The notes under the pieces are model-generated. The model was not told the origin of the DNA. It ran no database searches and saw only the letters and a program-made list of their open reading frames with translations. A DNA stretch of 64,000 nt, taken from assembly GCA_037128175.1 (NCBI GenBank), contig JBAXWY010000008.1, positions 1 through 64,000 of the forward strand, written 5' to 3'. Each line of letters begins with the position of its first letter. Position 1 is the first letter of the stretch. The stretch comes from Methanothrix sp. (GTDB lineage Archaea; Halobacteriota; Methanosarcinia; Methanotrichales; Methanotrichaceae). Position numbers and translations under genes: made by a program. Below are positions 1 to 10,093 of the stretch, in pieces.

Positions 1-87
1 AACGCAAGCATGGGAATCAGAACCCTCGGACTGAGGGGGATAGCCTGTGGAGAACCGACCTCCGGCTTTGGCCTATGTCCAAAGTAA
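1..87 (+). CDS. tnpB: 3' end of an IS200/IS605 TnpB (partial, runs off the window start)
   Basis: Frame 1 reads NASMGIRTLGLRGIACGEPTSGFGLCPK*, matching the C-terminus NASLNIRTLGLRGRAY of the complete TnpB at 62286-63413. Confidence 0.85.
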   Translation, partial: NASMGIRTLGLRGIACGEPTSGFGLCPK

Positions 88-141
88 GCGCCGGTTCGTC
101 GAAGCAGGAAGCCCCATCCTTTAGGGTGGGGAGGAAGTCAC
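1..141 (+). mobile_element. IS200/IS605 right end and omega-RNA scaffold (partial element)
   Basis: GAAG-CCCCATCC-TTTA-GGGTGGGG-AGGAAGTCAC subterminal hairpin ending in TCAC at 141, with the same layout as the right end at 63415-63452. Confidence 0.85.
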
Positions 142-183
142 ACCTGCAGAGATCAGAAGATGCACACAAGGATGACAAGATAA

Positions 184-1323
184 ATGAAGATATTAGTAAT
201 ACCCACCACCGACTGGATCAGGCATCCTGTTCCCAATCGGCTCAACTTCATCTTCGATTCATTGGCTGAGGAGCACGATGTGTATGTATTGCATTTCGGC
301 CTGAAGAGGTTTTCCAAGCTGCAGGCAAGGGAAACAAAATGCCGGCTAGTGGAAGCGAGCTGGATAAATGTCGAGGACCCTTCCCTCTATTACCTCTTGA
401 ATTTTCCATACCACTTGTGGAAGATCAGGAGCATTGTGAAGAAGCTGGACATAGACGTCATCCTCTCCACCAATATTTTGCCATCCTTTGCCGCAAACTT
501 CGCTTACTCGCCGGTCGTATTCGACTACCTGGATCACCTGGAGGAGTCGGCATCGATTTACTATCCCGGATCTGCCTTAGGTGAGATCGTCAAGCAGGTG
601 GTAAGCCTCATCACCAAATACAATCTTCGCACTGCCCATTCCGTAATTACAGTTACCCGTGAACTTTCGGAGTTTCTGCGGGACCTGGGTGTAAAAGACA
701 TAACTGTGGTCCCCAATGGCGTGGATACAAAACTTCTTTTGCCACTTTCCATGCAGGAAGCCAAGAAATCCCTGGGCCTGAAGGGTGTGGTTCTAGGCTA
801 CGTGGGCTCACTCGAGCACTGGGTGGATCTGGAGACGGTGGTGTCGGCCTTGCCAAGCATTGATGCCACTCTGCTCGTAGTGGGGCCGGGGCTTTTTACC
901 GATTATGGGGATGGGATAAAGAAGATGGCGAATGGCTTAGGCGTTCTGGATCGGATTGTTTTCACGGGCGCTGTCAAGTACGCGGAGCTCTCCCGCTACA
1001 TTTCAGCCATGGACATAGGTCTTAATCCCCTGAAGATGATGAAGAAGAACGAGTACGCCGCCGGAGGAAAGGTCTTCAATTATCTGGCCTGCGGCCGACC
1101 GGTGCTCTCCAGCCGCATGATCTCTCTGGAAAAGCTGTTGGGGGATGAGATATACTACTACGGTGATGTGGAGAGCTTCATTGTGCAGGTAAAGAACGTC
1201 TTGGCAGCAGGAAACGACGAGAAGAGATACAGATCCCTGGCCGAGAAGTATGATTGGCGTCTAATCTCGGACGATTACGAAAAGGTTCTGGAAAAAGCTG
1301 TGGAAAGGACGAGCTCAACCTGA
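184..1323 (+). CDS. GT4 family glycosyltransferase
   Basis: GT-B fold motifs (VVPNGVD, GYVGSL, GKVFNYLACGRPV). Confidence 0.9.
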   Translation: MKILVIPTTDWIRHPVPNRLNFIFDSLAEEHDVYVLHFGLKRFSKLQARETKCRLVEASWINVEDPSLYYLLNFPYHLWKIRSIVKKLDIDVILSTNILPSFAANFAYSPVVFDYLDHLEESASIYYPGSALGEIVKQVVSLITKYNLRTAHSVITVTRELSEFLRDLGVKDITVVPNGVDTKLLLPLSMQEAKKSLGLKGVVLGYVGSLEHWVDLETVVSALPSIDATLLVVGPGLFTDYGDGIKKMANGLGVLDRIVFTGAVKYAELSRYISAMDIGLNPLKMMKKNEYAAGGKVFNYLACGRPVLSSRMISLEKLLGDEIYYYGDVESFIVQVKNVLAAGNDEKRYRSLAEKYDWRLISDDYEKVLEKAVERTSST

Positions 1324-1376
1324 CTTAATCGGATAAGGTCTCCAGGCAACCAAAATGCAATCTTGGAAGATTTGAT

Positions 1377-2354
1377 ATGAAGATAGCGTTTATATACTAC
1401 GATCTTTCCTCCTTCGTAAAACAGGACTACGAGATCCTTTCGAGGCATTTTGATGTGGAAAAGGTCAACTACAGAACGCCTAAGGACATCCTCAAGATGG
1501 CAAGAGCCATATTTAATTCTGATCTCACCTATTCCTGGTTTGCCTCAGGACATTCATTTATTGCAGTGCTTCTATCAAAGGCGATGAAGAAGCGATCCAT
1601 AGTTGTAGCGGGGGGCTATGACGTGGCCTTCGTACCTGAGATGAATTACGGGCAATATACACAGGGAAAGGATAAACAGATATATGCAGACTACGCCTTG
1701 AAAAATGCGGATATCGTCTTGGCGGTGTCAGAATTCACAAAGAGAGAAGTACTTGCCCGGGCGCATCCCAGGGGTTTAAAAGTCATATATAATGGAATAA
1801 ATATTGATAAGTTCGTGCCGGGAAACGGGAAGGATAATCTGGTGATGACTGTGGCCTCCGGATCGACAAATGTGATAAAACTCAAAGGCATAGACACCTT
1901 CGCTAGAGCGGCTGCGCATATTCCTGGTGCCAGATTTTTGGTCTTGGGGCTGTCCGATCAAGATAAAGAGATTCTGAGGGCCAAATACCCTTCGTCAAAT
2001 CTCGAGCTGTGCGGATATGCGTCTGCAGAGACGTTGATAGAATGCTATCAGAAAACGAAGGTTTATTGTCAGTTATCTTACCGTGAGTCCTTCGGGGTTG
2101 CCCTGGCCGAAGCTATGGCTTGCGAATGCATCCCCGTAGCCACAAACAGCTCTGCGCTGCCAGAGGTGGTTGGAGATACTGGATTCTTTGTTTCTTATGG
2201 CAGTTTAGAGGAGACCGCAAGAACTATCATCAGAGCCCTTGAAATGCCGGTGGAATTTAAGAAAAAGGCAAGAGCAAGAGTGGAATCCCACTTCTCATCC
2301 AGAGACAGAGAAAGAGAGCTGGTCAAGACAATAGATCAATTCGTGACGAGATGA
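1377..2354 (+). CDS. GT4 family glycosyltransferase
   Basis: IYNGI, KG and ESFGVALAEAMAC motifs. Confidence 0.9.
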   Translation: MKIAFIYYDLSSFVKQDYEILSRHFDVEKVNYRTPKDILKMARAIFNSDLTYSWFASGHSFIAVLLSKAMKKRSIVVAGGYDVAFVPEMNYGQYTQGKDKQIYADYALKNADIVLAVSEFTKREVLARAHPRGLKVIYNGINIDKFVPGNGKDNLVMTVASGSTNVIKLKGIDTFARAAAHIPGARFLVLGLSDQDKEILRAKYPSSNLELCGYASAETLIECYQKTKVYCQLSYRESFGVALAEAMACECIPVATNSSALPEVVGDTGFFVSYGSLEETARTIIRALEMPVEFKKKARARVESHFSSRDRERELVKTIDQFVTR

Positions 2355-2402
2355 TGAATCAGAAACTCGATGCAAATGGAGAAACGTACGCATGAGACGC
2401 CT

Positions 2403-3485
2403 ATGAAAGTCTTGATGACTACCACATATTGGAAAGGGTGTCCGGGTGGAATTCGGGCATATTTAGAGAATTTGGTGCAGGAGCTTGAGACGAGAGGAAT
2501 TGATGTAAGGGTAGTTTTCCGAGAAGGATACGATCCAGATAATTATAAGATACATGAAGAGCCCCGATTCATTGATAAGCTAATATCGGCATTTCGTATA
2601 ATTATAGAGATACGGCCTCAAGTGATCCACTCAAATGGAGGAATGTATTATTACCTTTTGGCAGGATACCTCTATAAAAGGATCTTTGGAGCAAAGTTGA
2701 TCTACACATTCCATACTGAACCAGAGAATGAGAATAGGCTTTCCTTTATCCGGAGAGTGGCCCTACAAACACTTCTAAATCGATGCGATTGCGTCATATT
2801 TGTGTCAAAGAAATTGGAATCGAAGGTTCGAGATATATGGGGGATGAAGTTTAGGAATAGCAAGATAATATATGCAGGCGTGAGGCCACATGATATCTCC
2901 AAAAGCTCAAAGAGCGCCTTCCGTCAGAAATATGGCATAAATGATGATTCAATAGTATTGCTAACCCAAGGATTTTTTGCCATGAGCTGCAAATCCGAAG
3001 GCATAAAAATATTGATTGCATCGATTAAAAAGATAACGAAGATATACCCAAAGATCTTACTTATTGCTACAGGAAGTGGATGTCGCCTAGATGATGTAAA
3101 GAACTTCTCAAGCAGTCTTGGCATTGAGAGGAACATCATCTTTACAGGGAATATAGAAGATCCTTATGTAGCCGTTGCGGTCTGCGATATTTACGTGCAT
3201 ATAACTCTGGCAGAAGGCGGCTTATCTTTGGCCCTCCTGGAAGCGATGTCAATGGGTAAACCAATCATAGCTACTGGCGTAGGTGGAATACCGGAAGCAA
3301 TAGATGATGGCAGAAACGGACTTCTAACGGAGCCGGATGTGGATAAAATAGCTGATAAGATAGTTAATCTGCTTGAGAACTGGGATATGGCTGAAGAGCT
3401 TGGTAGAAATGCCAAAAGAACCTCAGAAGAGAGATTTACCTGGGAGAGTTCTGCAGATAGCATTATGGATATATACGTAGAGTGA
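2403..3485 (+). CDS. GT4 family glycosyltransferase
   Basis: EGGLSLALLEAMSMGKPIIATGVGGIPE motif. The ORF opens at 2370; MKVLMTT at 2403 is the likelier start. Confidence 0.9.
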   Translation: MKVLMTTTYWKGCPGGIRAYLENLVQELETRGIDVRVVFREGYDPDNYKIHEEPRFIDKLISAFRIIIEIRPQVIHSNGGMYYYLLAGYLYKRIFGAKLIYTFHTEPENENRLSFIRRVALQTLLNRCDCVIFVSKKLESKVRDIWGMKFRNSKIIYAGVRPHDISKSSKSAFRQKYGINDDSIVLLTQGFFAMSCKSEGIKILIASIKKITKIYPKILLIATGSGCRLDDVKNFSSSLGIERNIIFTGNIEDPYVAVAVCDIYVHITLAEGGLSLALLEAMSMGKPIIATGVGGIPEAIDDGRNGLLTEPDVDKIADKIVNLLENWDMAEELGRNAKRTSEERFTWESSADSIMDIYVE

Positions 3486-3513
3486 CCTCAAATATCAGTG
3501 CTATGGGAATAAT

Positions 3514-4692
3514 ATGAAGATAGATTATTATGCCGTAGGCGACCCATCCGATCCTCGAGCATGGAGCGGGACATATTTTGAGCTCACAAATGCCCTCAAT
3601 GACCTGGATGTATTACAGGGAGCATACGATATCAAGCCGCAGAGACTAACTTCGATAAATCCGGAAGATAAATTGATAGAAAAGATCACGTTTATCCTTA
3701 AGAACGTGAGGTATTTCAGGTATTACGAAGGAAAAATATATGTCTCATCCGAGTATTATCCCGACATCTTAGCGAAGACCAGGGAACTAGCTCGCCAGAT
3801 ATACAATACACATCCTAATCCTGATGCAATTATCGTGCATGGCGAATTTGCTATATTTGAGAAGACGCCGTTCTTCATATACCATGATTTGGATATGAGA
3901 ACGCTATTAGATTTGAGGCTGCGGGGAGAAAAAAATTATATGTGCGATCCACTGCCTACCACAATTCTTAAGAAACGAGTGGATGACCAGAAAGAGGCGT
4001 ATGCTAAAGCAAGTGGATTATTCGTAGCCAGCGAATGGATAGGGAACAGCATAAGATCCTATATTGAAAATCCGAAAAAAGTCTACACAGTCGGTATGGG
4101 GCATAGATATGAGCCAATTGAGCTAAAAGAATCTCAAATAGAGGAGAGATTTGAGAATCCACAGCTTTTATTTGTCGGTCGAAACGGATTCATCAAAGGC
4201 GTAGATATAGTTTTGTCTGCCTTTAATCTATTGAAGGAAGAAATGCCAGAGGCCAAATTGAAGATCATCACGGACATCAGAGGGTTACCCGGGGCAATTA
4301 AAAAAGAACTGGGCAAGAAGGATCAAGATATTGATGCATACGCGACAGGTGTTCCGTGGGAGATGCTTCATAAGTTATATTTAGAATCATCTATTTTTGT
4401 TATGCCATCTCGATTCGATGCCTGGGGCAAAGTCTTCTTCGAAGCTATGGCCTTCGGAATGCCTGTCATAGGCGCAAGGAATTGTGCTATGCCTGAATTT
4501 ATAAAAGATGATTATAATGGATATACAACAAATTACGATTCCGGAGAGGTTGCGGACAGGATAATATCTATCTTTAATTCCTTTGAGAAATATAAAAAAA
4601 TGTCAGAGAATGCGATAAAGGTAAGCGAGAGATATACATGGAATAAGGTTGCTAAGAATATGGTCGACATAATCAACAATATTATATCTTAA
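3514..4692 (+). CDS. GT4 family glycosyltransferase
   Basis: LLFVGR...KG and PSRFDAWGKVFFEAMAFGMPVI motifs. Confidence 0.9.
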   Translation: MKIDYYAVGDPSDPRAWSGTYFELTNALNDLDVLQGAYDIKPQRLTSINPEDKLIEKITFILKNVRYFRYYEGKIYVSSEYYPDILAKTRELARQIYNTHPNPDAIIVHGEFAIFEKTPFFIYHDLDMRTLLDLRLRGEKNYMCDPLPTTILKKRVDDQKEAYAKASGLFVASEWIGNSIRSYIENPKKVYTVGMGHRYEPIELKESQIEERFENPQLLFVGRNGFIKGVDIVLSAFNLLKEEMPEAKLKIITDIRGLPGAIKKELGKKDQDIDAYATGVPWEMLHKLYLESSIFVMPSRFDAWGKVFFEAMAFGMPVIGARNCAMPEFIKDDYNGYTTNYDSGEVADRIISIFNSFEKYKKMSENAIKVSERYTWNKVAKNMVDIINNIIS

Positions 4693-4738
4693 TTTATTTT
4701 TGTCAATTATCGCCGAGTCCATAGTTTACGTGATTTAG

Positions 4739-5770
4739 TTATCCCTTTGGCAGTACTCCCTGAAGCACACCCTTGAGAAAAATCAATATGCTCCCCGTAT
4801 CCCTCTGATATACATAATCTCTTAAAATAATCCAGAACTGGCGCATAAAAAAATAGGCTAGAAAAGAACGAAGTTCCTGTCTTGTAGCATGATCTTTTAC
4901 AAACCAAAGTCTATTTCTTGTCATGTAATACAGTTTAACGCCTTTAGGGGCAGATGATGAGACCTTATGCCAGATCTTTGCGGTCGGAACGCATATGCAT
5001 TTGTAACCGGATTCTCGCCCCCTGATGCAAAGGTCAGTTTCTTCCCAATAGGCAAAATATCTGGAATCAAGAAGACCTATTTTGTCTAATGCAGCCCGCC
5101 GAATCAATAAGCAGGACCCTTCTAAAAAATCCACGGCCATCACGGCTTTATATTGGCCCCGATCCGGCTCGATGCTGCCGATGCGCACAAACCATCCTTT
5201 TTCCATTACGAGATTTATGCCCACTGTACTGAAGATATCTGTCTTTCCTTTATAATTATAATAGTATATTGAAGGCCCTGCAAAGCCTGCCGTTTCATCG
5301 CTTTGGAGGGCTTTTACAAGCTCGTTTAGAAAATCACTCTTGACCACAGTATCGTTGTTTAAAAGCAATATGTAATCCGGATTTTGAGCTTTGAGAGCGT
5401 ATCTTATCCCTATATTATTTCCCTCAGCAAAACCATAATTCTTGTCATTTCTGATAAGCACGATCTTCCTGTTAGAAGGCAGATCGGCAATCTCTTTCTC
5501 CCTGCCGCCACCAGCTTCGGCCTCGCTATTTGTATATTCCAGTATCTTTATGGGTTTATTCTTATCGGTATATTCGAAGAAATCAGACTGGACGATCATA
5601 TGACCTGCTAAGTAGTCTTTTATTCTCGCCAAAGAATTGTCTTTTGATCCATTATCAAGGAGTATAACATCGTAAGGGGGAGAGGATATCCGATAGAGCG
5701 ATTCCAAACATTCGACCGTATCTTGCCAGCCGTTCCAATTAATGATAATGATTGAAATTCTAGGTGTCAT
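4739..5770 (-). CDS. GT2 family glycosyltransferase (rhamnosyltransferase-like)
   Basis: IIIINWNG, LLDNGSKD, NYGFAEGNN, LLLNND and YWEETDLC motifs. Confidence 0.9.
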   Translation of the reverse strand: MTPRISIIIINWNGWQDTVECLESLYRISSPPYDVILLDNGSKDNSLARIKDYLAGHMIVQSDFFEYTDKNKPIKILEYTNSEAEAGGGREKEIADLPSNRKIVLIRNDKNYGFAEGNNIGIRYALKAQNPDYILLLNNDTVVKSDFLNELVKALQSDETAGFAGPSIYYYNYKGKTDIFSTVGINLVMEKGWFVRIGSIEPDRGQYKAVMAVDFLEGSCLLIRRAALDKIGLLDSRYFAYWEETDLCIRGRESGYKCICVPTAKIWHKVSSSAPKGVKLYYMTRNRLWFVKDHATRQELRSFLAYFFMRQFWIILRDYVYQRDTGSILIFLKGVLQGVLPKG

Positions 5771-6542
5771 TCTTCACCATGCGGCAAACAAATCTTTTAA
5801 AAGATATTAATAAGCGAAAAGCGGTTTTATTAACAACCATATATTTCCTTTGTGCGGTCACAGAAATAAACGTACTCCAACTCCCCACCGTTGTATTAAC
5901 TCGTTTAAAATATTTTTTATGCTTCCTTAGCACTTTGCTCAAAACGACAAAATAATTCTCTGTTAAATGGCCCAGAGAACCATGATATATCTGCATTGGT
6001 ATCGCATAGGCTTGCAGACCAATACGTTTGACGCTCAAACAATAATCTACTGCATACAAATCCCAGCCATTGCATGCAATCTCATCAAATCCTTGTGCAT
6101 CAAATATCTCTTTCGGTATTATAATCAGGCACTCGTCGAGGGTTTGCACAACCTCCGGAATCGATATAGGATTTCCCCAGCTCCATATTTGCGGAGGGAT
6201 TCCATGTTTTATAATATTCCTGCCTCGTTCTCGATTGGTTTTTCCGTGCTCGCTCATGCCGGCGACACCTGCGATTCCGAGATCTGAAATCGCATCTAAC
6301 CAGCGCTCTGCATCCCCCAGCCATCTTGTTGAGGATAGGTCAACATCCTGATGTATGAACATTATATATTTCGAGCTTGCTTTTTTCCCTCCATGGTTGA
6401 GTGCTTGCGCCGCTGAAGAGAACCTGGATTTGGTATTGTCTTCTAAAATTAGCTCGTAGTTTGCCATCTGATCCTTCAGGCTTTTAAGCAAATAACTGTT
6501 CAGCAACGTCTCATCATTATAAACGCACACTATGGAGAACAT
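5760..6542 (-). CDS. GT2-like glycosyltransferase (Glyco_tranf_2_5 type)
   Basis: FSIVCVYND, FIHQDV, VQTLDEC, GFDE and LYAVDYCL motifs. Confidence 0.8.
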   Translation of the reverse strand: MFSIVCVYNDETLLNSYLLKSLKDQMANYELILEDNTKSRFSSAAQALNHGGKKASSKYIMFIHQDVDLSSTRWLGDAERWLDAISDLGIAGVAGMSEHGKTNRERGRNIIKHGIPPQIWSWGNPISIPEVVQTLDECLIIIPKEIFDAQGFDEIACNGWDLYAVDYCLSVKRIGLQAYAIPMQIYHGSLGHLTENYFVVLSKVLRKHKKYFKRVNTTVGSWSTFISVTAQRKYMVVNKTAFRLLISFKRFVCRMVKNDT

Positions 6543-7199
6543 TCAGATTACCCTGGCCACGGCATATAGTCTAAAATAGAAATCGGGGGACATTAACCGC
6601 AGCTTATAAATAAGGGATAAGAGGTACCTTGCAAGCCTTGGCAGACCTATATTGCCAAGAAAGATGGGCTCACCCTCCAGAACATTGCACTGCAGGAATT
6701 GCTTCGACAACAGACTCTCCAGATCTGACTTAGTAACGAAGTTAACATGGTACTTTTCAAGCATGTGATCATAGGTAAGCCCTACCTTTCTGAGCCGATG
6801 AAACTGAGTACAATTAGGCACAGTGATAAGCACGTTTTTTCTTGCCACCCGGCGAACCTCTTTCAGCACATCTTCCTGTTTGTCCACATGTTCCAGAACC
6901 TCAAAGAGAAGGACGGTATCATATGATTTGTCCGGAAACTTAAGATGCTTCGCATCCATGACCTGGGCATCGAGTCCCTTTTGCATTGCTATGTTGACAT
7001 ATTCGGAATTTATGTCCATGCCTGCGCAATGATAGCCCAACTTTCCCAATCTTTGCAGGTAATCACCTGTAGCACACCCGGCATCTAATATTTTATCGCC
7101 CGCATGCAAAACAGCAAAATCGACCAACTTTTGCGATGCGTAATTTGACCTGCATTTATACCAATTTTTGGTGTCTCTGAAGATCTCCTCATATTTCAT
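6543..7199 (-). CDS. Class I SAM-dependent methyltransferase
   Basis: ILDAGCATG, GMDIN, FEVLEHV and ITVPN motifs. Confidence 0.9.
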   Translation of the reverse strand: MKYEEIFRDTKNWYKCRSNYASQKLVDFAVLHAGDKILDAGCATGDYLQRLGKLGYHCAGMDINSEYVNIAMQKGLDAQVMDAKHLKFPDKSYDTVLLFEVLEHVDKQEDVLKEVRRVARKNVLITVPNCTQFHRLRKVGLTYDHMLEKYHVNFVTKSDLESLLSKQFLQCNVLEGEPIFLGNIGLPRLARYLLSLIYKLRLMSPDFYFRLYAVARVI

Positions 7200-7252
7200 C
7201 TGTGTATTATGTCTGGTTAGTCGATGTATAAAATCGTTCTCATATGTGCAAA

Positions 7253-8695
7253 TTATCTATGTATCGCCTGTCGCAAGAGCATCATATCCTCATTATCTAT
7301 GCCACGGACTAAATATAAAGTCATAAAATATACAAATCCGGCAGACATAATAAGAACTATTAAATGTATATTTTGGAAATACAACACAAAGACGGACATG
7401 ATTAGGGATGAAAATAGAATTCTAAGCAGATAATCCTTAATAATCGAAAGAGGAATCCCGCAGCTTAGCCTGTAGGTGAGGAAGACAATGCTGCCGACGA
7501 GAACAAATTCTGTGACTACGGTAGCAAAGCTTGAGCCGACATAACTGAATTTCGGTATTAACAATACGTTTAGCAATATATTTACTACAACGCATATTAG
7601 TGATATCTTGGTGATGATCCTTTGCCTGTTTGTAGACTCCAAAAGCTTAACAAATGCTGCGCCGGCAAACGTGAGCACTATGGTCCATATGAGTATCTGA
7701 AGAGCAATTATGGATTTTGCGAACGCGGCGCCAAATACAAACAGAATTATTTTATCGGCAATGAGGGTAGTGCCAATGCCGATGGGAATGCAGAGAATAA
7801 CCATAAATTTGAGGTACTTCGCATAAAGCAGTTTCAAGAAAGAAGGTGAAGAGGTAAAATACCTGGACATGACGGGAAAAATCACAATATTAATCACATT
7901 TGGTATGAATAGCAGCATAAGTACTAGCCGATAAGATGCATTATACCAGCCCACTACCTCATTGCCCTGAATAGAGGAGAGCATTATGGAATCCGTGTAG
8001 GTGTAAATCATTCCAGATAACGAAGTTAGCCCAAAGGGCAAAGCCTCTATCATCGTAGGCCAGATCATTCCCCGATCAATCTGCAGCGCATGCGTCAATA
8101 GCCTGCGTTTAGAGATGAATAAACTATAAGCTAAAACCATAATACTGCTGAATATATAGATACATGCAAAGCCCAATACGCCAAAGCCTTGGTTTATGGC
8201 ATAGACGGCACCCAGAAGCATGAAAACGCTGCTTAAAAGGCTGCCGATCGCCACATACTCAATTCGCTCAAATGCTTGAAAAAGCGAGTAGAAGACGCCA
8301 GTAAACGCGGCTACTACTATGCTTAAAGAGATTAGATAGACGACCTCAATAGTGCTCTTTTCGTGACCAATCAGGTTTATCGCCACAACGATAACGAACA
8401 CTGCGAGTATAACCAAGATCGACTTCAAGAGCAGAAGATTTCCAAAGTATTTCTCTGCAAGATTCTTATTCCGAGCAACCTCGCGTACGGTTAAAGTATT
8501 TAAACCGAGATCGGTAAAAACCCCGAAGATGCTGGTGAAGGCCAGTGCAAAGGAGATAATGCCATAGCGCTCCGGCCCGAGGTAGCGAGCAGTATAAATC
8601 GAATACATTAAACCCATTATCAGAACAACTACGTTGGAAATGGACAAAATAGCTGTGTTCTTCGCAAGCCTTTGTGAAGTGCTCAAGAATATCAC
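7253..8695 (-). CDS. Wzx/MOP-family oligosaccharide flippase
   Basis: ARYLGPERYG, DLGL and VGWYNASYRL motifs; many hydrophobic segments. Confidence 0.9.
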   Translation of the reverse strand: MIFLSTSQRLAKNTAILSISNVVVLIMGLMYSIYTARYLGPERYGIISFALAFTSIFGVFTDLGLNTLTVREVARNKNLAEKYFGNLLLLKSILVILAVFVIVVAINLIGHEKSTIEVVYLISLSIVVAAFTGVFYSLFQAFERIEYVAIGSLLSSVFMLLGAVYAINQGFGVLGFACIYIFSSIMVLAYSLFISKRRLLTHALQIDRGMIWPTMIEALPFGLTSLSGMIYTYTDSIMLSSIQGNEVVGWYNASYRLVLMLLFIPNVINIVIFPVMSRYFTSSPSFLKLLYAKYLKFMVILCIPIGIGTTLIADKIILFVFGAAFAKSIIALQILIWTIVLTFAGAAFVKLLESTNRQRIITKISLICVVVNILLNVLLIPKFSYVGSSFATVVTEFVLVGSIVFLTYRLSCGIPLSIIKDYLLRILFSSLIMSVFVLYFQNIHLIVLIMSAGFVYFMTLYLVRGIDNEDMMLLRQAIHR

Positions 8696-8744
8696 TTATA
8701 CGCATAGACGATAACAATATAATCGCGATATAAGTTATCCATCA

Positions 8745-9242
8745 TCACTTAAACGGAGTACTAAACCAGTCCCAGGGCTTGCAGCAGCGATCGTCCTTCT
8801 TGCCATTGATCGTGGCCGGAACAACCGTCGGATCATCCCATGGCCGCCGGGTCTCATCGGGACTCGAATAATCATACAGCCTGTTCACGAAATAGACAAG
8901 CGTCGCGGGCTCATTGCCCACAACCCGAAATCCATGCCAGTAGTGCCCCGGCATCCTGACGATCTGGGGATTATCTCCCGTGGAGATGATCTCGTCCAGC
9001 TCTTCGGTTTCATCATCATAGGCGCAGATCTTCATCGCGCCCCTAACAGCCAGAAAATGATCCACCTGCCCGCGCTCATGCCGGTGCCAGGCCCGCACCA
9101 TTCCCGGATAGCTTACGGACATATTTACCTGCACGATCTCATCCTGGATCACATCCTTCCAGTCCGCCCTCATGATCTCGGTGAAGAATCCGCGCTCATC
9201 CGCAAATCGCTTTAAAGGCTTTATCACAATTCCTGGCCGCAT
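8745..9242 (-). CDS. rmlC: dTDP-4-dehydrorhamnose 3,5-epimerase
   Basis: DERGFFTE, VRAWHRH and WHGF cupin motifs; lies in the rml cluster. Confidence 0.9.
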   Translation of the reverse strand: MRPGIVIKPLKRFADERGFFTEIMRADWKDVIQDEIVQVNMSVSYPGMVRAWHRHERGQVDHFLAVRGAMKICAYDDETEELDEIISTGDNPQIVRMPGHYWHGFRVVGNEPATLVYFVNRLYDYSSPDETRRPWDDPTVVPATINGKKDDRCCKPWDWFSTPFK

Positions 9243-9274
9243 CGGTCCTAATCAGCAACTCTGAGTTCTTATAG

Positions 9275-10093
9275 TTACCTCAATCGACGTGAATGTTTTT
9301 CGGCAAATACAATGATATGATAGGGAGGTGCAAAACAGGTTGATATTATATCCAAGTTCTGAAACTCCAATAGTTTTGAGATATTTTCGACATCGAACAC
9401 ATGATGATGCAAGCACCGATTCCTGTAATTACAAAGAGATCTCTCCATAAAAAAAGCTGCGTTTCCTGCCGGAGCATCCATTTTTAGGTCGTGAAGTTTC
9501 AGGATCTCAGGCAAATGAGTCAGATCGTCTTCTTTGACATCTCTCTCGTAATCATCTATCAGGTGCTGCAAGAGCGTGACAGGACGATTGTGGTCAAAGG
9601 TCTTATCTTTAAGGGGAACTACTAACAGAATATAGCCACCATCTTTGAGAACCCTTGTCCACTCACGTATCGCTTTTAACGGATTTGCGGTATGCTCTAG
9701 GATATGGGAGGCAAGAACAAAATCATAAACATTATTATTTATCTTACTCAGATCAGTAGCTTCGCAAATATACTGATAACCTTGTTTTTTATTTTTATGA
9801 TAGCGATAGTTAAGGCCCTCATTCAAACATCCCTCCCAGATTGTAGTCTCGCTGAAATTGCACCCATCTAATTCACCAATGACCGAATAGATCGGCATGA
9901 TACTTGAATCATTGAAAATTCGGCTAGGTCCACCCACCTCTAGACCTCTTTTACCACTAAGGCGATCAATGTAAATATGGACGTCGATTTGACTAGCAAA
10001 AAACGTCTCCCTAAAAGAGTTTAAGAATCGTCCGAATCTTCCTTTCATCCATTTGTTGCCCCGTATCATTAATTTCCTCTTTAATCTCGCCAC
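9275..10093 (-). CDS. Class I SAM-dependent methyltransferase
   Basis: GLEVGG and YDFVLASHILEHTANPLKAIREWTRVLKDGG motifs. The true start may be a downstream Met. Confidence 0.85.
   Translation of the reverse strand: MARLKRKLMIRGNKWMKGRFGRFLNSFRETFFASQIDVHIYIDRLSGKRGLEVGGPSRIFNDSSIMPIYSVIGELDGCNFSETTIWEGCLNEGLNYRYHKNKKQGYQYICEATDLSKINNNVYDFVLASHILEHTANPLKAIREWTRVLKDGGYILLVVPLKDKTFDHNRPVTLLQHLIDDYERDVKEDDLTHLPEILKLHDLKMDAPAGNAAFFMERSLCNYRNRCLHHHVFDVENISKLLEFQNLDIISTCFAPPYHIIVFAEKHSRRLR

Noticed and set aside
75-269. 64-aa ORF at the window start
   Set aside because: It spans the IS right end and overlaps the GT4 start; EAPSFRVGRKS is a translation of the IS605 end hairpin.
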